Shown here piece after piece: positions 38,071 to 51,737 of a stretch of DNA of 64,000 nt. The stretch comes from Chara braunii (Eukaryota > Plantae > Charophyceae). The notes beneath the pieces were generated by a model, which worked only from the letters and a program-made list of their open reading frames with translations, did no database searches and was not told the DNA's origin. The stretch is from the NCBI GenBank assembly GCA_003427395.1, contig BFEA01000032.1, positions 2,171,931-2,235,930 on the forward strand, written 5' to 3'. Numbering within the stretch: position 1 is the first letter of the stretch; every line of letters starts with the position of its first letter. The position numbers and the translations under genes were made by a program.

Positions 38071-38297
38071 CATTGCAGACACATTTATACTCCCCTTCCC
38101 CCCCCCTTGACAGCCAACTCTCAAAAAAAGAAACGAGCCCGGATTTGGGTTCCTCTCAGAGAACACGGAAAAAAAAAAAACGTCATTTTTTTTTTTTTTT
38201 TTTTTTTTTCCCCATGCCCGGGTATCCTGGGCGTCAGACCCCCCCGGGCATCAGACCCTTCCGGGCATCATGCCGGGGTGACCGACCGGTCATGAAA

Positions 38298-38396
38298 ATC
38301 TTCCTAGATGATAAGTTAGAATTGGTATGATACTGAGAAGATCAGCATAACCCCCCTGCAAGGATGACAGACATACGTCACGAAATAGTACAAATT
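38298..38396 (+). pseudogene. Degenerate U6 snRNA copy
   Basis: AATTGGTATGATACTGAGAAGATCAGCATAACCCCCCTGCAAGGATGACAGACATACGTCACGAAATAGTACAAATT aligns to U6 AATTGGAACGATACAGAGAAGATTAGCATGGCCCCTGCGCAAGGATGACACGCATAAATCGAGAAATGGTCCAAATT. The ACAGAGA box is mutated, there is no T-run terminator, and the 3' flank is A-rich. Confidence 0.8.
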
Positions 38397-40343
38397 GAAA
38401 AACAAACGAAGAAACATGTAGTATAGTTGTTTATTTCATGTTCCTGCAAAACAGTTTTTTTGCTCGGCTACCAGACCCGCACGGTCACTGTAGGTCCACG
38501 TGACTTGCTCAGGTTTATGTCTGTTGCTAGACCATACACATAATAAGAGTCTAAGTTGGTTCTGTTGCTTGATAACACAACTTGAGCACTCATGACAACT
38601 CAGCTCAAGTATCAACCATTTACCTCAGTTACGGGCAAGAGAAAAATGGCTTGGAGGTACTCTCGACGAGTGCCCAACAATTTCCCAATAGCTTCAAGTG
38701 CGGACCTAAGGTCTAAATTAGTTGTCGAGTTTCAGGCTGCTTTCAGGACCTACAATTGACTTCCAAAACTGCCTAGGTAAGATTGAGGTTAAGGCTCATT
38801 GCTATTCTCAGTTGGTTGGCCACATGTGTGAAACTACTTCAACCGATGCGCATTTCACGCTGTACCTGACCTACATCTTAGAAAATGAAACAAGCGTGCC
38901 CTAGTTTTCACCATACCCCGCTTCCTGCCTTCACTTACAACAGTTGCGAGGGTGTTTGTTGTAGCCAGTCAATCATGAAATTGCCAAGAGTTGTGTCTAA
39001 ACGATTCGAGGAATCTGTGTTTGGGAGGAGGGGTGGAAAGGGGAGAAACAAGAAGCAAATATGAGTCTTTAACCAAAGAAGGGGCAGCTAGTTCATCGGA
39101 CTATGGCAGAAAAATCATCTTATAATAGAGCATTGGAAAGGTTCACGCTGCAAATATTCAGAGTTCATATTCCAGGGTCCCGAGCCCCAGTCCTAGGAAG
39201 TCATGTAGGGTCCATGGTCTGAAACGTAAAAGGTAGGTAGGTGTTGAAAAGAAACAAAAAAAAGGAAAAAAACTTTTAAAAAGAGGATCTGAAGACCGCA
39301 CAGAGATCCAACCCGTCGATCCGGTAGGGCCAGACGAGCGAGATCCCAGATTTCTTACATGTTTCCGCAGTAGTAATTCTTATAGTGTAGAGAAGGGTAT
39401 GGCGGGTGAGAGGGAGGGTACTAAACATAAGTTCAAAAACAGAGTATAAAAAGAAACTCACATGTTTCATCAGGCAAAGAATGTGCGCTTGCAAGTTCAA
39501 GAATAAAAGAGTCAAGAGTTGAGAACGGTGATGCCGTCATTTGATGTGGTGCACTTGTTCCAGAGTACGAACTAAAGACACCTTGAATGAAATTGGTCTT
39601 TGTTGTGATATGATCACAGGAAACGATTCCATCCAAACCAGTTTCCTCCTAGTGAATGAAAAATACTCATATATTAGTATACCAGCTCAAATCTAGACTG
39701 AGGAAAGAGCACAACATGATGGCATGACAAGTTCATGATATATATTCACAAAAGGTTATTGTTAATTACAGGTTAAATCATGGTGCATTTTTTTAGATGC
39801 AGAATTTTTTAATTTTTTTTTACATATGCGTTCAACATAATTTTTATTGCATGAACCATAACAAAACTTTCATAAATGAGAATTTTCAAAACATAAAATG
39901 ACCGCTTCTAAGAAACGAAAAGGAGTATACAACACATGAAGAGCCAATGCAGCTCCGCCTGCATAGAAAAAGGAGTATCGATTGTATTGGTGATTATGCA
40001 ACCAAGCCAAGAGGGAGTACTACTGAGCTAGCGTAAAAGCAAGAGGAGACAAATAGACCCAGATGCCATACAACATTACGCAACTGATTGCATGTGAAGA
40101 GGTATGACATAACTGTATGCAGACTATTATGTATGTAGTAGGAAAACAAAGATGGACAACGTATGAATGGGCGTCATGTGTGCCTGATTTACATTTTTTT
40201 TTATTTATTTTTTGTCATTTTTGCTATGTACAACTCCACAAAAAAAACATGACTGTGTTCGACTGTCTCCTTAATGATGTCGCACGTGTACCTTCACAGT
40301 CACATAAGGGAAGGCAGAAAGTTGAACTTGTTTGCAGTGAAAG

Positions 40344-40410
<67 letters not shown>

Positions 40411-41929
40411 ACGGTTGGCCCCCTCAGCTTCTATTTATGTGTCATGTTAATCAGCACCCCTCTCTGTGTTGGTCTGTTAGTCTGTCTTTTCGTCATGTAT
40501 CTGCCGCATCAGTCGCAACAATCACACACAACTGTACAAAGCATAAGGCCCTCAGCCTTGAAAATATGGGTTCCGAGCCTATTGGAAACCGCTCCTGAGT
40601 TGGATGTGCCCGCCTTAAGTGCAGGCAGACCTGCATTTGTTTTTGGGGCCCTACGGTCAAATCTGAGAATGAGGGGGCGCCACGGTAGTTGCAACTGTAT
40701 CACGGGACTGAAAATTTCATGGAGGCCGAAGTCTCCGAGCCATTCGTATAGCCACTTCAGGAATCAGCCTCCAACTACTTGGGACCCAGGACAGGGCCGG
40801 TTAACGGAGACCCTCGCCCGTGCAGAATCAGCACAACAGAGTGTTGGGTAAGGGCAACTTCATTTGCTAGCCAGGGAGCTAGATGCGCCAACACTGCTGT
40901 TTAGTAGAGTGGGCTAACGTGCTGCTGTCTGGTATAACGCATGAGTGTTCGGGAGAGAAGGCAACCATAGCAGGCTGAGAGGGGCAATGCACCATAGTCG
41001 GGCGGCATGCCTCATAGCTAAGGTTGATAAGTGATCCTTGGATACGGAACATGCAATGTGGGTGTTGAGGGATGTGCAGGGCAAGAGAAAGCTTACCTGG
41101 TGATGGTGAACAGACCACTATAGTTGGATCTTTTTCGTCATCTGGTTGTTGATGCTCGCGATGACTGGTTATCGTCGGTAGGGAACCTAGATGATAGGTG
41201 GCAGTTTGTCAGTAGTCTGGGCACTGACCGCAAATAGAGGGGAACTTGGATGACATTCGCGAGAGAGGGCTTTCATGGTCATTTCACATGATTGTTGTAC
41301 TCATACTTGGTGCATTTCCCGTGCATTTCTGCTTTCAGTTTGTGCTTTTAACTATCTGGACTCTATGGGATGATGCAATCTGGTTTTTGTCAATCACTTT
41401 GCTTATATTCCTTGCAACCGACTCCGTTTGTTTTTACTCCTCTTGGTCCATTTTGTCATTTTCACTATACACAATACCAAAAAACACTACTGTGCAAGCT
41501 GATACATCGGAGATTCACTGACACATGAGTATTAAGGACTCATCACAGTCATCCTGAACAACCTACCCACAATGCATATGACTAATGGATAAGGAGTATT
41601 AAGGATTTCACAGTGCTTTGAGGTAGCAATACCCCACCAAAAGGTGGTAGACTTTATTTTCAGTTCAACCCTGCCCGTATTCACATATGGGTATGGCACA
41701 TCAGACACACGCAAAAGGAGAAACGATACTGTCCGCATTTCACTGTGTGTTTTTGTGTTTATGTCTGTTTGTCTCTGTGTTGTCATGTCCGCTATACACA
41801 ACTCCACAAAAAAAAGCGTGACTGCGGCAAACCGTTTCTTCTTACATTCACCGATTCATCAGGAGGTTGTCTCAGCGTGTGTGTATGTGAATGGACATTT
41901 ATAAGATGGTCAGGTTAATGAGAATTGCC

Positions 41930-42420
41930 TCTTTTCCTATTTGCCCATATCATTCAGCGGTTTACAAGCGAATCCTTGCAACCCTTCCCCTATAAAAGTA
42001 GGTTTCCCAAATTTATACTAAGCCAGATACGAAACTTAGATAAATTTGACTTCATGAAGTCATAGTTGTTTTAAAATTTTATATTTAGCTTTGTATAAAT
42101 TTGAGAAAAACATCTATTAAGAGGGAGTGTTATCAAAATTTCTACAAATCTAAAAGAGTTAGTTAAATTTTTTATGGCGGAATTCAAGTTTTATCTTAAG
42201 TTCATATCTGACTTTGTGTAAATTTGAGAAACCTAGTTGTCTAAAGGAGATGCTTCCCAAATTTTTACTAAATCCATGAGGCGGATAAAATTTGACTCTG
42301 TAAAATCAAAGATTATTTTCAGATTTCGTATTCAGTCTTATATAAATTATGCAAAGACACTTCTCATACAGGAAGCGCTGCCAAAATTTCATGAAATATA
42401 GAGGAGTTAAAAGGAGGGTT
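41930..42420 (+). mobile_element. Fragment of the same LTR-like family as 26856-30660
   Basis: 42094-42410 aligns with 28628-28950, sharing AAATCTAAAA.AGTTAGTTAAATTTT and CTAAAGGAGATGCT.CCCAAATTTTTACT. Confidence 0.7.
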
Positions 42421-43286
42421 GGGAACGCTGGTTCCCCTCTCAGACTGCTTATCGAGTCAGTGGTCGGGATCGATACAAAAAAACAAGGGGAATAGTCTCG
42501 CATAACTCTCAACCCGTCAATTTCTCAATTTTCACTCCCTTGCTCCGTCACCGTTTGTTGGCTCCGATCCCCATACTTGTTGTTTGAAAATTTGAAGTTG
42601 TAACCAATATAGTTAGGCTGAAGTTCGAATTTGGAAGGTACGAAATTCCATATAAATGATATTTGCGTCAGACCTAGGCATGCGAAATCGCACCAAAACG
42701 CATCTTGGCTCAATGATGGATCCCTCAACCGTCGAACTCCCACACCGCATTTTAAAAGGTTCAGGGCTATGCTTCCGCTGTCGACATATTGCCCATCACG
42801 CTAAGGGTATGTCGTCGCTGGCCTTTAATGTCGTCTGCATCTAAACCGCAAAAGGTTGCATTTTAGCCGTCTGGTATGCCGCATGCGTTGGCGATCAAAG
42901 CGAGAAATTCAACTTTATTCCGCACGTACGAGGTCCACCGCTCGCACTAAAGTTATACTTGACAAGTCTCGACACGTCTCTTATTCACACGTCGATCCTT
43001 TCCTGATCCAATCTGGCCAATCCCACGCCAAAACCGCACCTCAGCTATACAGAACGCTGCCAACTACAAATGAGGTGGCACCGGGTGTGACCTGCAAAAA
43101 GTACGCCAAATAGGTACGACACCGCCGCCACCCTACCTCCACGCTCCCCCTCCGCCCTCCCCTCAGCCCTACTGTCGCAGTCCCCCTCCACCCTACCTTC
43201 GCGTTCCCCCTGCACCCTATACCTCCACGCTCCCCCTTGGCCTTGCCTATGCGCTCGCCCTTTCTCCTCCCCCTTTCTCCACCCTA

Positions 43287-43391
43287 CCTTCCCCCCCCGA
43301 ATACAACGTACGGTCATTATAGCTGTACCTAGACTGAAAGATGCCTCAAATACAGCTATAATGACCGTACGTTGTATTCGGGGGAAGAAGG
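43287..43391. mobile_element. 105 bp palindromic MITE, copy 3
   Basis: TA|CCTTCCCCCCCCGAATACAACGTACGGTCATTATAGCTGTA...TACAGCTATAATGACCGTACGTTGTATTCGGGGGAAGAAGG|TA. Confidence 0.82.
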
Positions 43392-44482
43392 TAGCTCAGC
43401 GCACACTCCGGTCCTCCGCTCTTCTTCCGACAGTCCACCCAGGACCACACCGGTACCCAAAGTCGCCCGTGTGACGAGACACGGGTTACACAAAGTCTCA
43501 AATTCGCGGTACCAAATGCCGCAAAAGTTTGAGACTGTAGGCCCTCGTGTGAGTATGCCCTCAGTTTTTCTAAGGACTAGTCCTAAAATTTTCAGGACTG
43601 CTGAGTGTCTAACGTGGCCCCTAGTCCAGTTTTTTTGTAGGACTTAGGAGTGTCTGACGAGAACCTTTCGACCGTGACTGGAGTTTCACGCAAAGACGTT
43701 CTTCCTGGTGAAGCGGGGCCTCGCCGTGTTTCGCGAAAAATATCGCTCGCAATTACAGCTTTCGCACCCACGCGCCATGTGCCGCGCCCGAGGCTTGCCT
43801 CTTCTTGGCTGCTCCACAGCGTCGGGCGCGGTATATCAGTTACCGGGGGTGTTTTTTCTGCGTGTGTGAACGACCCTTGTGTGAGTCCGTGTTAGTACCC
43901 AGTAGGCGATGTTGGTGGTGTCTGTGGAGGGGTTGCAGAATCAATGGGTGCTGGCGGGCGCGAGCCTTCAGCTAGGCTATTGCCATGCGTGGCGTGTGAT
44001 GATGAGGATTTGATCGTGCACATCGGCGCTATTGTTGTGTTGAACTCGTTGCGCAGGGTAGCCGGTCTTGTCCATGTGGAGTGTGCACATCAGGGCAGGG
44101 TCGTACGCGAACGGGCGTTTTGAAGTAGAATATCCATTTTGGGCAGAAGCGTTTGTTTCGCTGCTGCACTCCACAGGCAATGCGTTTTAGGCCATACCCA
44201 TGCGAGATCGATACTGACGGAACGTGGCCATGAATGCCGCCGGATGCATTCATGGTTATCCTGGTGCGAGAATGCCCCTCCCTTCTCGTTGCGTCGTCCG
44301 CCTCATGTAGGTTCCTCCCTCTCGGTTATGTCTCGATCGTGTACGTAAGAGGCATCGAGTAGGAAGAGGGGAAAGATGCCCGGGGGGAGGTCCCGCGCTT
44401 GCTCTCGTCGGCTTTTGGAACCCTAACTCGGTGGTCGCCTTCTCGTCACTATCTCGCTTCCGTCTCTCTGCTCCGGGTGTTC

Positions 44483-44515
<33 letters not shown>

Positions 44516-47500
44516 CTCCCCTTCCTTGCCCTTCCTCTTCCCTCCTGTTTCTCTCGTTCGAGATGATTGGTTATCTCTGCGTGCTCTCTGTTGAAAGACA
44601 TCTGCTTGATACTTCCATGGACTCATCATGGACACGGCAATGACCCGCGTCTCTGGACGTCGGTGTCGCTTTCCTGTCCTTGTTTACGCATGTTGGCGGT
44701 ATGCTTCTCATTATTCTCAGAAGGAAGATAAGGTTCAGCTCTTGCAAAGAGTCGGCAGCATAGCAGAGCCGTTTGTTTTGCTGCGGCGAAGGCCGCACGG
44801 TCTTTTCCCCCGTGATTGAATCGGATGGATTGACACTCATCGGGCTACCCTTGTTATTATCATCAACAGGCTACCCTTGTTAAGGACCAGTTACAGTGGA
44901 AAGGAGGCGGGAGAGGGACGGCGAGGGAGAGAGGGGTTGCGTTTCATCGACAACGGCGACGGCAGTGGGCGTCTTATGTCCCCCTTGTTGGAACGTACTG
45001 ATCGTCATTAATCTCTCAGCAGCAGCGAAATGCAAAGTAGATGCTTGATTGTGGATTGGACTCGATCATGTACAACTATCCCTTTCGCCAAGACGGCAAC
45101 ATTAAGGAGGTGGGGGATGCTTTTCCTTCCCTTCTCTCCTTTCTCTCCTCTTTTCTTCTGTCTTTGCTTCTCTATTCTCCCCCTTCCTTGTCATCTGCCT
45201 TACGTTGCTATTTTACTTCTGTTCATCTCTCTGCTTGTATTCTCTCTTTTCTTGAATTCTCAATTCCGTGTGGGTCTGACGCTGTGTATGGTGATGAGCG
45301 CGATCCATCGCTCCTGCTCTGGACTTCTCATTCTCCCCCCTTCTCTACACTCTCGGTCTCTCTATTGTCCACATGCGCTGTTTTCCGTGCCATGCATCGC
45401 GCTTCGCTCTCTCCACCCCGTTGCATGTTCGCCCACCCACCGCTCTTTTGCCTCTCCAGACATTGTGTTCGCGTTCCTTCGTTGCTAAACTAGTTAATAC
45501 TTGTCCATGCTGTGTCTTTCTGCGTGTGCGCACTCATCCCTCCCTCCCTCCCTCCCTCCCTCTCCCTCCCTCCCTCCTCTACATTTCTCCCACTCCCCCT
45601 CTCTCCCTCCCTCTCCCTCTCGTTTCCTCTCCCGCTTAGTTTCCCTTTCCCTCTCCTCTCTCCCTCTCCCTCTCCCTCTCTCCTCTCCCTGTCTCCGCCC
45701 TCTCTTTCGCTCCCTCTCCCTCTCCCTCTCTCTCCCTCTGCCACCCTCTTTCTCATCATCTGTTTGGCCTTCGCTCACTGCATCTTGTTAATGACGCAAG
45801 TCAGACTCGAGAGATATGCTCTTACGGCAGGGGATTGTCAGCCTCTCTGCTGACCCACGTCTTGTCCTGCGGGCGGGCTAGTGGGCAGGACGAAGATTAG
45901 CCAGTCAATAATGGCGTGGAGTGAATTTCGTCATCTGACGTGTTCAGATTCTTTATTGACGTTCTTCTATCTCTGCCTGCAGGTTCCCTGCGCTTGCGCG
46001 TCTTCTCTCACCTCTGCCCTCGCTTTCTCCCTTCTGTTCTCGTCCCTGCAGTTCCCTCCCGCGGTTCCTCCCCGCGGTTCCTCTCCGTGTTTCTTCCCCG
46101 CGGTTCTTCCCCGTGATTCCTCCTCGCTGTTTTCCCGCGACCACTCCTCGCGGCTCCTCAATGTGTTTTCTCGCTCTACCCTGTGCCCTTCGTGTCTTCT
46201 CATCCCTTTGCGCACCCTCCTCTATTCTTCCTCTACCCCTCCTCTCTCTCCATTTTGGTTGCCGACCCCCCACTCCCCGAGTTCCCTTCCCCTCCCCGCG
46301 CCGCTCGCACTCCGCGCCTCGCTCTCGCTCCCTGCCTCACTTTTACACCGTGCCTTACTCTCATTCCTCGCCCAGCTTTCCCTTCCCACCCCGCTCGACC
46401 TCCCCGCCCCGCTCCGGCTGTTTTCCCTTCTTACTCACTGTGTCGCTCTCCCTCATTGCTCCTTACTCACTGCCACGCTATTTCCTACGTCGCTCTCTTT
46501 CCCCGTTCTTCGTCCTCTGTCCCTCTCTCTTCTTTCACGTCCCGCTCTGCTTCCCTTTTCCTGGCGCTCTCCACCCTTGCGGCACTGCCTCCACGCTGTC
46601 TTATCCTGCGTGCCTTTCCCCGCCCAGCTGCCCTGCCTCTGTGGCTGGCCTCTATTTCTCGGCGCTACCCCGCGGTACTCCGGCGCCCATCTCCATTGTC
46701 GCTCCCCTGTGGCTCCCCCACCCTTCCCTCTCTTTCATCTCTTCCTTGTCCTCACCCTTCGTCTTCCCTCTCCGCCTTCCCTCTCCGCCTCCCCTCTCCG
46801 CCTCCCCTATCCGCTTCTCCTCTCCGCCTCCCCTCTCCGCCTCCCCTCTCCGCTTCTCCTCTCCGCCTCCCCTCTCCGCTTCTCCTCTCCGCCTCCCCTC
46901 TCCGCTTCTCCTCTCCGCTTCTCCTCTCCGCCTCCCCTCTCCGCCTTCATGCTCGCCCTCGCGGCTGTCCGACCCCAGGTCCCTTCCTGGTGTGCGTCCG
47001 CGCTGTCTCTGTGCTGTGCTGCGGTGTCTCCTTATCACTCTTCGCTATATCTCCCCGCTCCCCCTTTTCTTCCTGCCGTGCCTCGCTATTCTTGATGACG
47101 TTTGATTCCCGGTTTCCATCCCCGCTGTCTATTGTTGTTCTCCCTGGCGGCAAATTTTCACCTCTCGCATAGCCTCATCGATACCTGCATCTTTCCTTTT
47201 ACCCTCTCCACTCTTCTTCTCCCTCGATTCCTCATCTCTCNNNNNNNNNNNNNNNNNNNNNNNNNNNNNNNNNNNNNNNNNNNNNNNNNNNNNNNNNNNN
47301 NNNNNNNNNNNNNNNNNNNNNNNNNNNNNNNNNNNNNNNNNNNNNNNNNNNNNNNNNNNNNNNNNNNNNCCCCTTGTCTCCGACTGTGGCCGTTTGCGCT
47401 TTCTCTCGATTCCGTTGCACTTGCGTTTTTCCTCCTGTCGTTCGCTTCTGGGCTTAAGTTCCTGTCTGCCTTTCGCTTTCGCTTCTCGCCTTCGTTGGCT

Positions 47501-49999
47501 CAGCTTTTGACTCCTGCTTATCCCCATTTGTTTCTCCACCATTCGCAACCCTCTCCACGTTCCCTTTGCCGTCCGGTGCCGGTTCTGTCTCCACTTAGTC
47601 CCTGCAGATACTCTTTCTTTTTTCACCGTGCTATCCTTATCCTCCTGTGTCTTCTCCTTCGTTCTTTCTTAATGATCAAGATGTCGTCGTACTCATGGTC
47701 GTGCGTTATCAACTGGGTGGGGTTTTTCCTCAGCCGATGAGTAGCTTCTCTTCGTTCTGGGTTTCGTTGTCCCTATTCCACTCGTCGGCTCCCTCTGCAC
47801 ATAGCTTCGCTGCCCAGAGCATTCTCTTCGAGAGTACTTCCTTTTCCGCACCCATTCCTTATCGATCTTCTCCTCTGACTCCCCCTTATGTTCTCCCTCC
47901 CCCCCTATTTTCTCCCTCCCCCCTATTTTCTCCCTCCCCCTGTTTTCTCCCTCCCCCTTATTTTCTCTCTCCTAACCGTCCTTTGCTCCTCTTTTTCACG
48001 GTCCACTCTCCCCCTCTTCACTGTTGGTGTGCTTTCTGGCTGGGCACGCTGCGTCCGCTTTAACATCCAGTTCTCTCTCTGCCTAGCCTGTGAACGTCTA
48101 GCATCCTGCCGTGCGCCAATTGATCTCCCGTTGTTTCATCACCCACTGCGCAATCTGGTTCTCATAGGTCTGCGAGCCCCTGTTGTTACGACATTGGTTT
48201 TGCTCTTCTACTCTCGCACGGCTATAGAATTCCCTTTGCTTGCCGTTTTTTTTTCTTTTTTTTTCGGAAAAGTGCTTGCCGTTTTCGCTCCTCCGTGTAC
48301 GTAAATGGGATTTCTTCATTTTCGATGTACTTCATTGTATTTAATGTCCCCACGATTTCTTCATTTTCGATTTACTTCACCGTATGTATTTAATGTGCCC
48401 ATCGTTCTGGTGTGTTTGGTTTGCTCTGATCAACTGTGGACTATTTGATTCTCGTTTTTTTTTTCTATGGAGGGTTATTGTCTTCCAATTTCTCTCCCTT
48501 TTCTTCTCTTTTGTTTTAATTTTGCTCACTCCCTAACTATTTTGTCATTATGTGCACGCTCCCTGTACTTCCTCCGATGTCTCTTCCTCCAGTCTGAATG
48601 CCCTCTTCTTGAGAGGTCATCCGCTACACCTAGCTGGATTTACCATCTCTTCTCGCTCTCGTTTCTATTCTCCCTGCGCCCGTCCTTATATGACGCGGAT
48701 CCGTTTTGCTGTCCTCCTCGAAAGTGCATGATTCTTCTCCTCTCCCCCGAGGCAGTGGCTGAACGAGAAGTGGAGGGGGGAGGTTACCGGTACTTTGTTC
48801 TGTATGAGGGCACAGTCTGCTCATCAATTTTGATGACGTCTGCGATTTACTTGTCCTCTCTTCGTTTTTGATGCAACAGGACGGCAGAGAACAACGCAGA
48901 TGACCATGTGTGTATGTACATATTGCGCTCTGATACTCTTGTGACAATATATACCCGATACATGGTGTGACGATATATATTTAACTTTGTGACAATATAT
49001 AAATGTATGATGTATCTATCTATAGAAGGAGATCGTAGGCAAGCAAGATAATTAATTAGGCTTAAGGAGATGGTCTCCATATACCAACGGAGCATTGGTG
49101 AGGGAGCTCCCATGGAGGCATCTGGCCCAGATCTACGTTCAGGTTCCATGTATATTGTGAGTACTTCCTCAAGGACAAAAAGATCGGGGGAACAGCGATC
49201 TCAATTATTTATGTAATAATAATGGACTGACGTCAACAGATTATATAACTGCGTGCAAGAACAAAGGCAGAGTTGGGCCAGGATATACTCTATACCCCTC
49301 TTCCCATAACATAACTCTGTCATCGTGACTGTCGCAGACCGGATAAGACCGCCTGTATTCATTCATGATAAGGGCGGCTTGTGTTTGGGGGAGCACTGTA
49401 GCTCATGCAAATGATGACTCCGTCTGCACTCGAGGACGGCGCGGGTATTTCGCTACTGGATGGATGGATGTATGGATGGATGAAAAACGATAGCGGTAGC
49501 TATGGACGACTTGACGTGAAGGAAAGGTAGGAAGAGAACTGATGGCCACAGAGGAGGAAACAGAACGCAGCGCCAATAATAATTACAGCATGTTGTAATG
49601 TACCGCATTTTTTTGAAGTATTTCACATTGACTCTTGGATTGCTGTGTGTTGAGGACTACGGATATTTTACTCTTATCTGATTTGTCGCGTAGGGACATG
49701 ATGATGATGATGATGATAATGCTGTTGATGATAATGATGTTGATGATTGATGATGTTGATGATAATGATGTTGATGATTGATGATGCTGATGATAATGAT
49801 GTTGATGATTGATGATGTTGATGATTATGATGGGTGAGAAGAAGAAGAGGAAGAAGAAGAGCGCTCGAGCGAAGCGTTTGTGTCTGTGTAGATCGGCAGT
49901 CTGTCATCCATGTTTGACTCGCACTGTTTGGCGGGAACCTGTTTTTCGTTGTGTGGTTGGTGGTTTACCCGGTTTTGAATATCGACGGCGAGCCAGCAG

Positions 50000-50114
50000 T
50001 CGATGCTCAATACTTCGGCGACTGTGCTGGATCCTGGAAGTGCAGGAAGGACGTTCTCGTCATCTTTCGCAACGGCACAGGCTGCGTCGGCGAACCCGGG
50101 GTTCCATCATGGAG
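50000..50114 (+). CDS. NOT2: CCR4-NOT subunit NOT2 (VIP2-like), N-terminal exon
   Basis: CAG| acceptor; encodes SMLNTSATVLDPGSAGRTFSSSFATAQAASANPGFHHG (cf. plant SSLNGS.SNLPD..GRSF..S.SGQS...SP.FHH.G); donor G|GTAACT. Not in the ORF track. The start is either ATG 50003 or an unidentified upstream micro-exon. Confidence 0.78.
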
Positions 50115-50374
50115 GTAACTGTTTTGAGTACTCCTGAACTCTTGCCCCCGTGTGCCGCCAGCCCGTCCTCGTCTTCCTCGTCGTCAACCCTGTCTTTTCT
50201 TAAGTGAAGAAATGGTGGTTATCATGCCCGGCCATTCCCTTGTCATCGTCCCCTGTTTGCATGTCGCACGCGGAGGGCGCTCGTTGGAGAGAGAGAGAGA
50301 GAGAGAGGGAGAGGAACGCAGTTTTTTAAAGTATAAAAAAGAGGGATGGAGAGAATAGGTGTTCTTGGCTGTGT

Positions 50375-50415
<41 letters not shown>

Positions 50416-50419
50416 ATCG

Positions 50420-50524
50420 GCCACTTGTGCACATGACATATCAATCGTGCGTTGATGTAAGTACGAGCATGGAGTATTTGCAAGGTGAGCAGAGGTGTAG
50501 AGAAGGCGGGATGTAAGGATGGGT

Positions 50525-50608
<84 letters not shown>

Positions 50609-50737
50609 CGGCTTTGTGCCCATGATATATCAGTCGTGCATTGATTGAAGTGCGAGCGTGTCGAGTGTTTGGAAAGGGGGCAGGTGTACAGAAGGCTGCA
50701 TGTAAGGGTTGTTGGGCAGGTAGGAGTGTGATCTGTT

Positions 50738-50796
<59 letters not shown>

Positions 50797-51121
50797 GCGA
50801 TGGCGTTGTGGCCATGATATATCAGTCGTGCGTTGATTGAAGTGCGAGCGTGTCGAGTGTTTGTAAAGGGGGCAGAGGTGTACAGAAGGCTGCATGTAAG
50901 GAAGGGTTGTTGGGTAAGTAGGAGTGTGGTCTGTTTGTGTGTGTGTGCGAGATTGAGAGAGAGAGAGAGGGGGAGAGAGAGGCGGCGACTTTGTGCCCAT
51001 GATATATCAGTCGTGCGTTGATTGAAGTGCGAGCGTGTCGAGTGTATGGAAAGGGGGCAGGTGTACAGAAGGCTCCATGTAAGGGTTGTTGGGTAGGTAG
51101 GAGTGTGATCTGTTTGTGTGT

Positions 51122-51178
<57 letters not shown>

Positions 51179-51345
51179 TGGCGTTGTGGCCATGATATAT
51201 CAGTCGTGCGTTGGTTGAAGTGCGGGCGTGTCGAGTGTTTGTAAAAGGGGCAGAGGTGTACAGAAGGCTGCATTTAAGGAAGCGTTTTTGGGTAGGTAGG
51301 AGTGTGATCTGTTTTTTTTTTTGTGTGTAAGAGAGAGAGAGAGAG
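50420..51345 (+). repeat. ~190 bp tandem repeat, 5 units, with embedded (TG)n(AG)n, in a NOT2 intron
   Basis: CATGATATATCAGTCGTGCGTTGATTGAAGTGCG anchors at ~50432, 50621, 50813, 50998, 51191. Confidence 0.92.
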
Positions 51346-51558
51346 ATGAATGAAAGCGTTAAAGGAGAGGATGGACAGTGAGGGTACGCGATATTGCGCA
51401 GTTTGTGTGCGTGCGTGCACTGATCTGGTTGTAGTACGGTAATAATAACGCGGGCAGTGAGAATAGCGGGGGGTAGATGGTCGAGGTAGTCGTGTGTTGG
51501 AAGTTTACTAACGCTGTGTTTTGCATGGTGTGTCGGCTGTGTTTTTTGGCATTGGCAG

Positions 51559-51737
51559 GGAATATCCCGTCGTTGCACAATGTACAAAACAGCTACAATC
51601 TCCAGAACATGCAGAACGCGTTATCATCGAGGAACGCGGGAATGGGAGGTGTCCCTTCGAGCACACCACAGCAACAGGCAGGAAGCATCGCGGCTGGTCG
51701 GTTTGCGTCGGCCAACCTGCCAGGAGCCTTGCCTCAG
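51559..51737 (+). CDS. NOT2: NOT2 exon
   Basis: Encodes GNIPSLHNVQNSYNLQNMQNALSSRN...QQQAGSIAAGRFASANLPGALPQ (cf. GLHN.HG.YN..NM...L.SRN...GRFASNNLP..LSQ); phase-1 CAG acceptor; donor CAG|GTATT. Confidence 0.9.

Noticed and set aside
45068-45109. Candidate first NOT2 coding exon MYNYPFRQDGNIKE|GT
   Set aside because: Phase-compatible, but no similarity to known NOT2 N-termini and a weak donor; unsupported without transcripts.
45881-47172. 300-400 aa Pro/Ser/Leu-rich ORFs in all three frames
   Set aside because: CT-rich low-complexity DNA lacks stop codons and shows no domain motifs.
50184-51587. 467 aa minus-strand repetitive ORF
   Set aside because: Antisense read-through of the 190 bp satellite and microsatellites.
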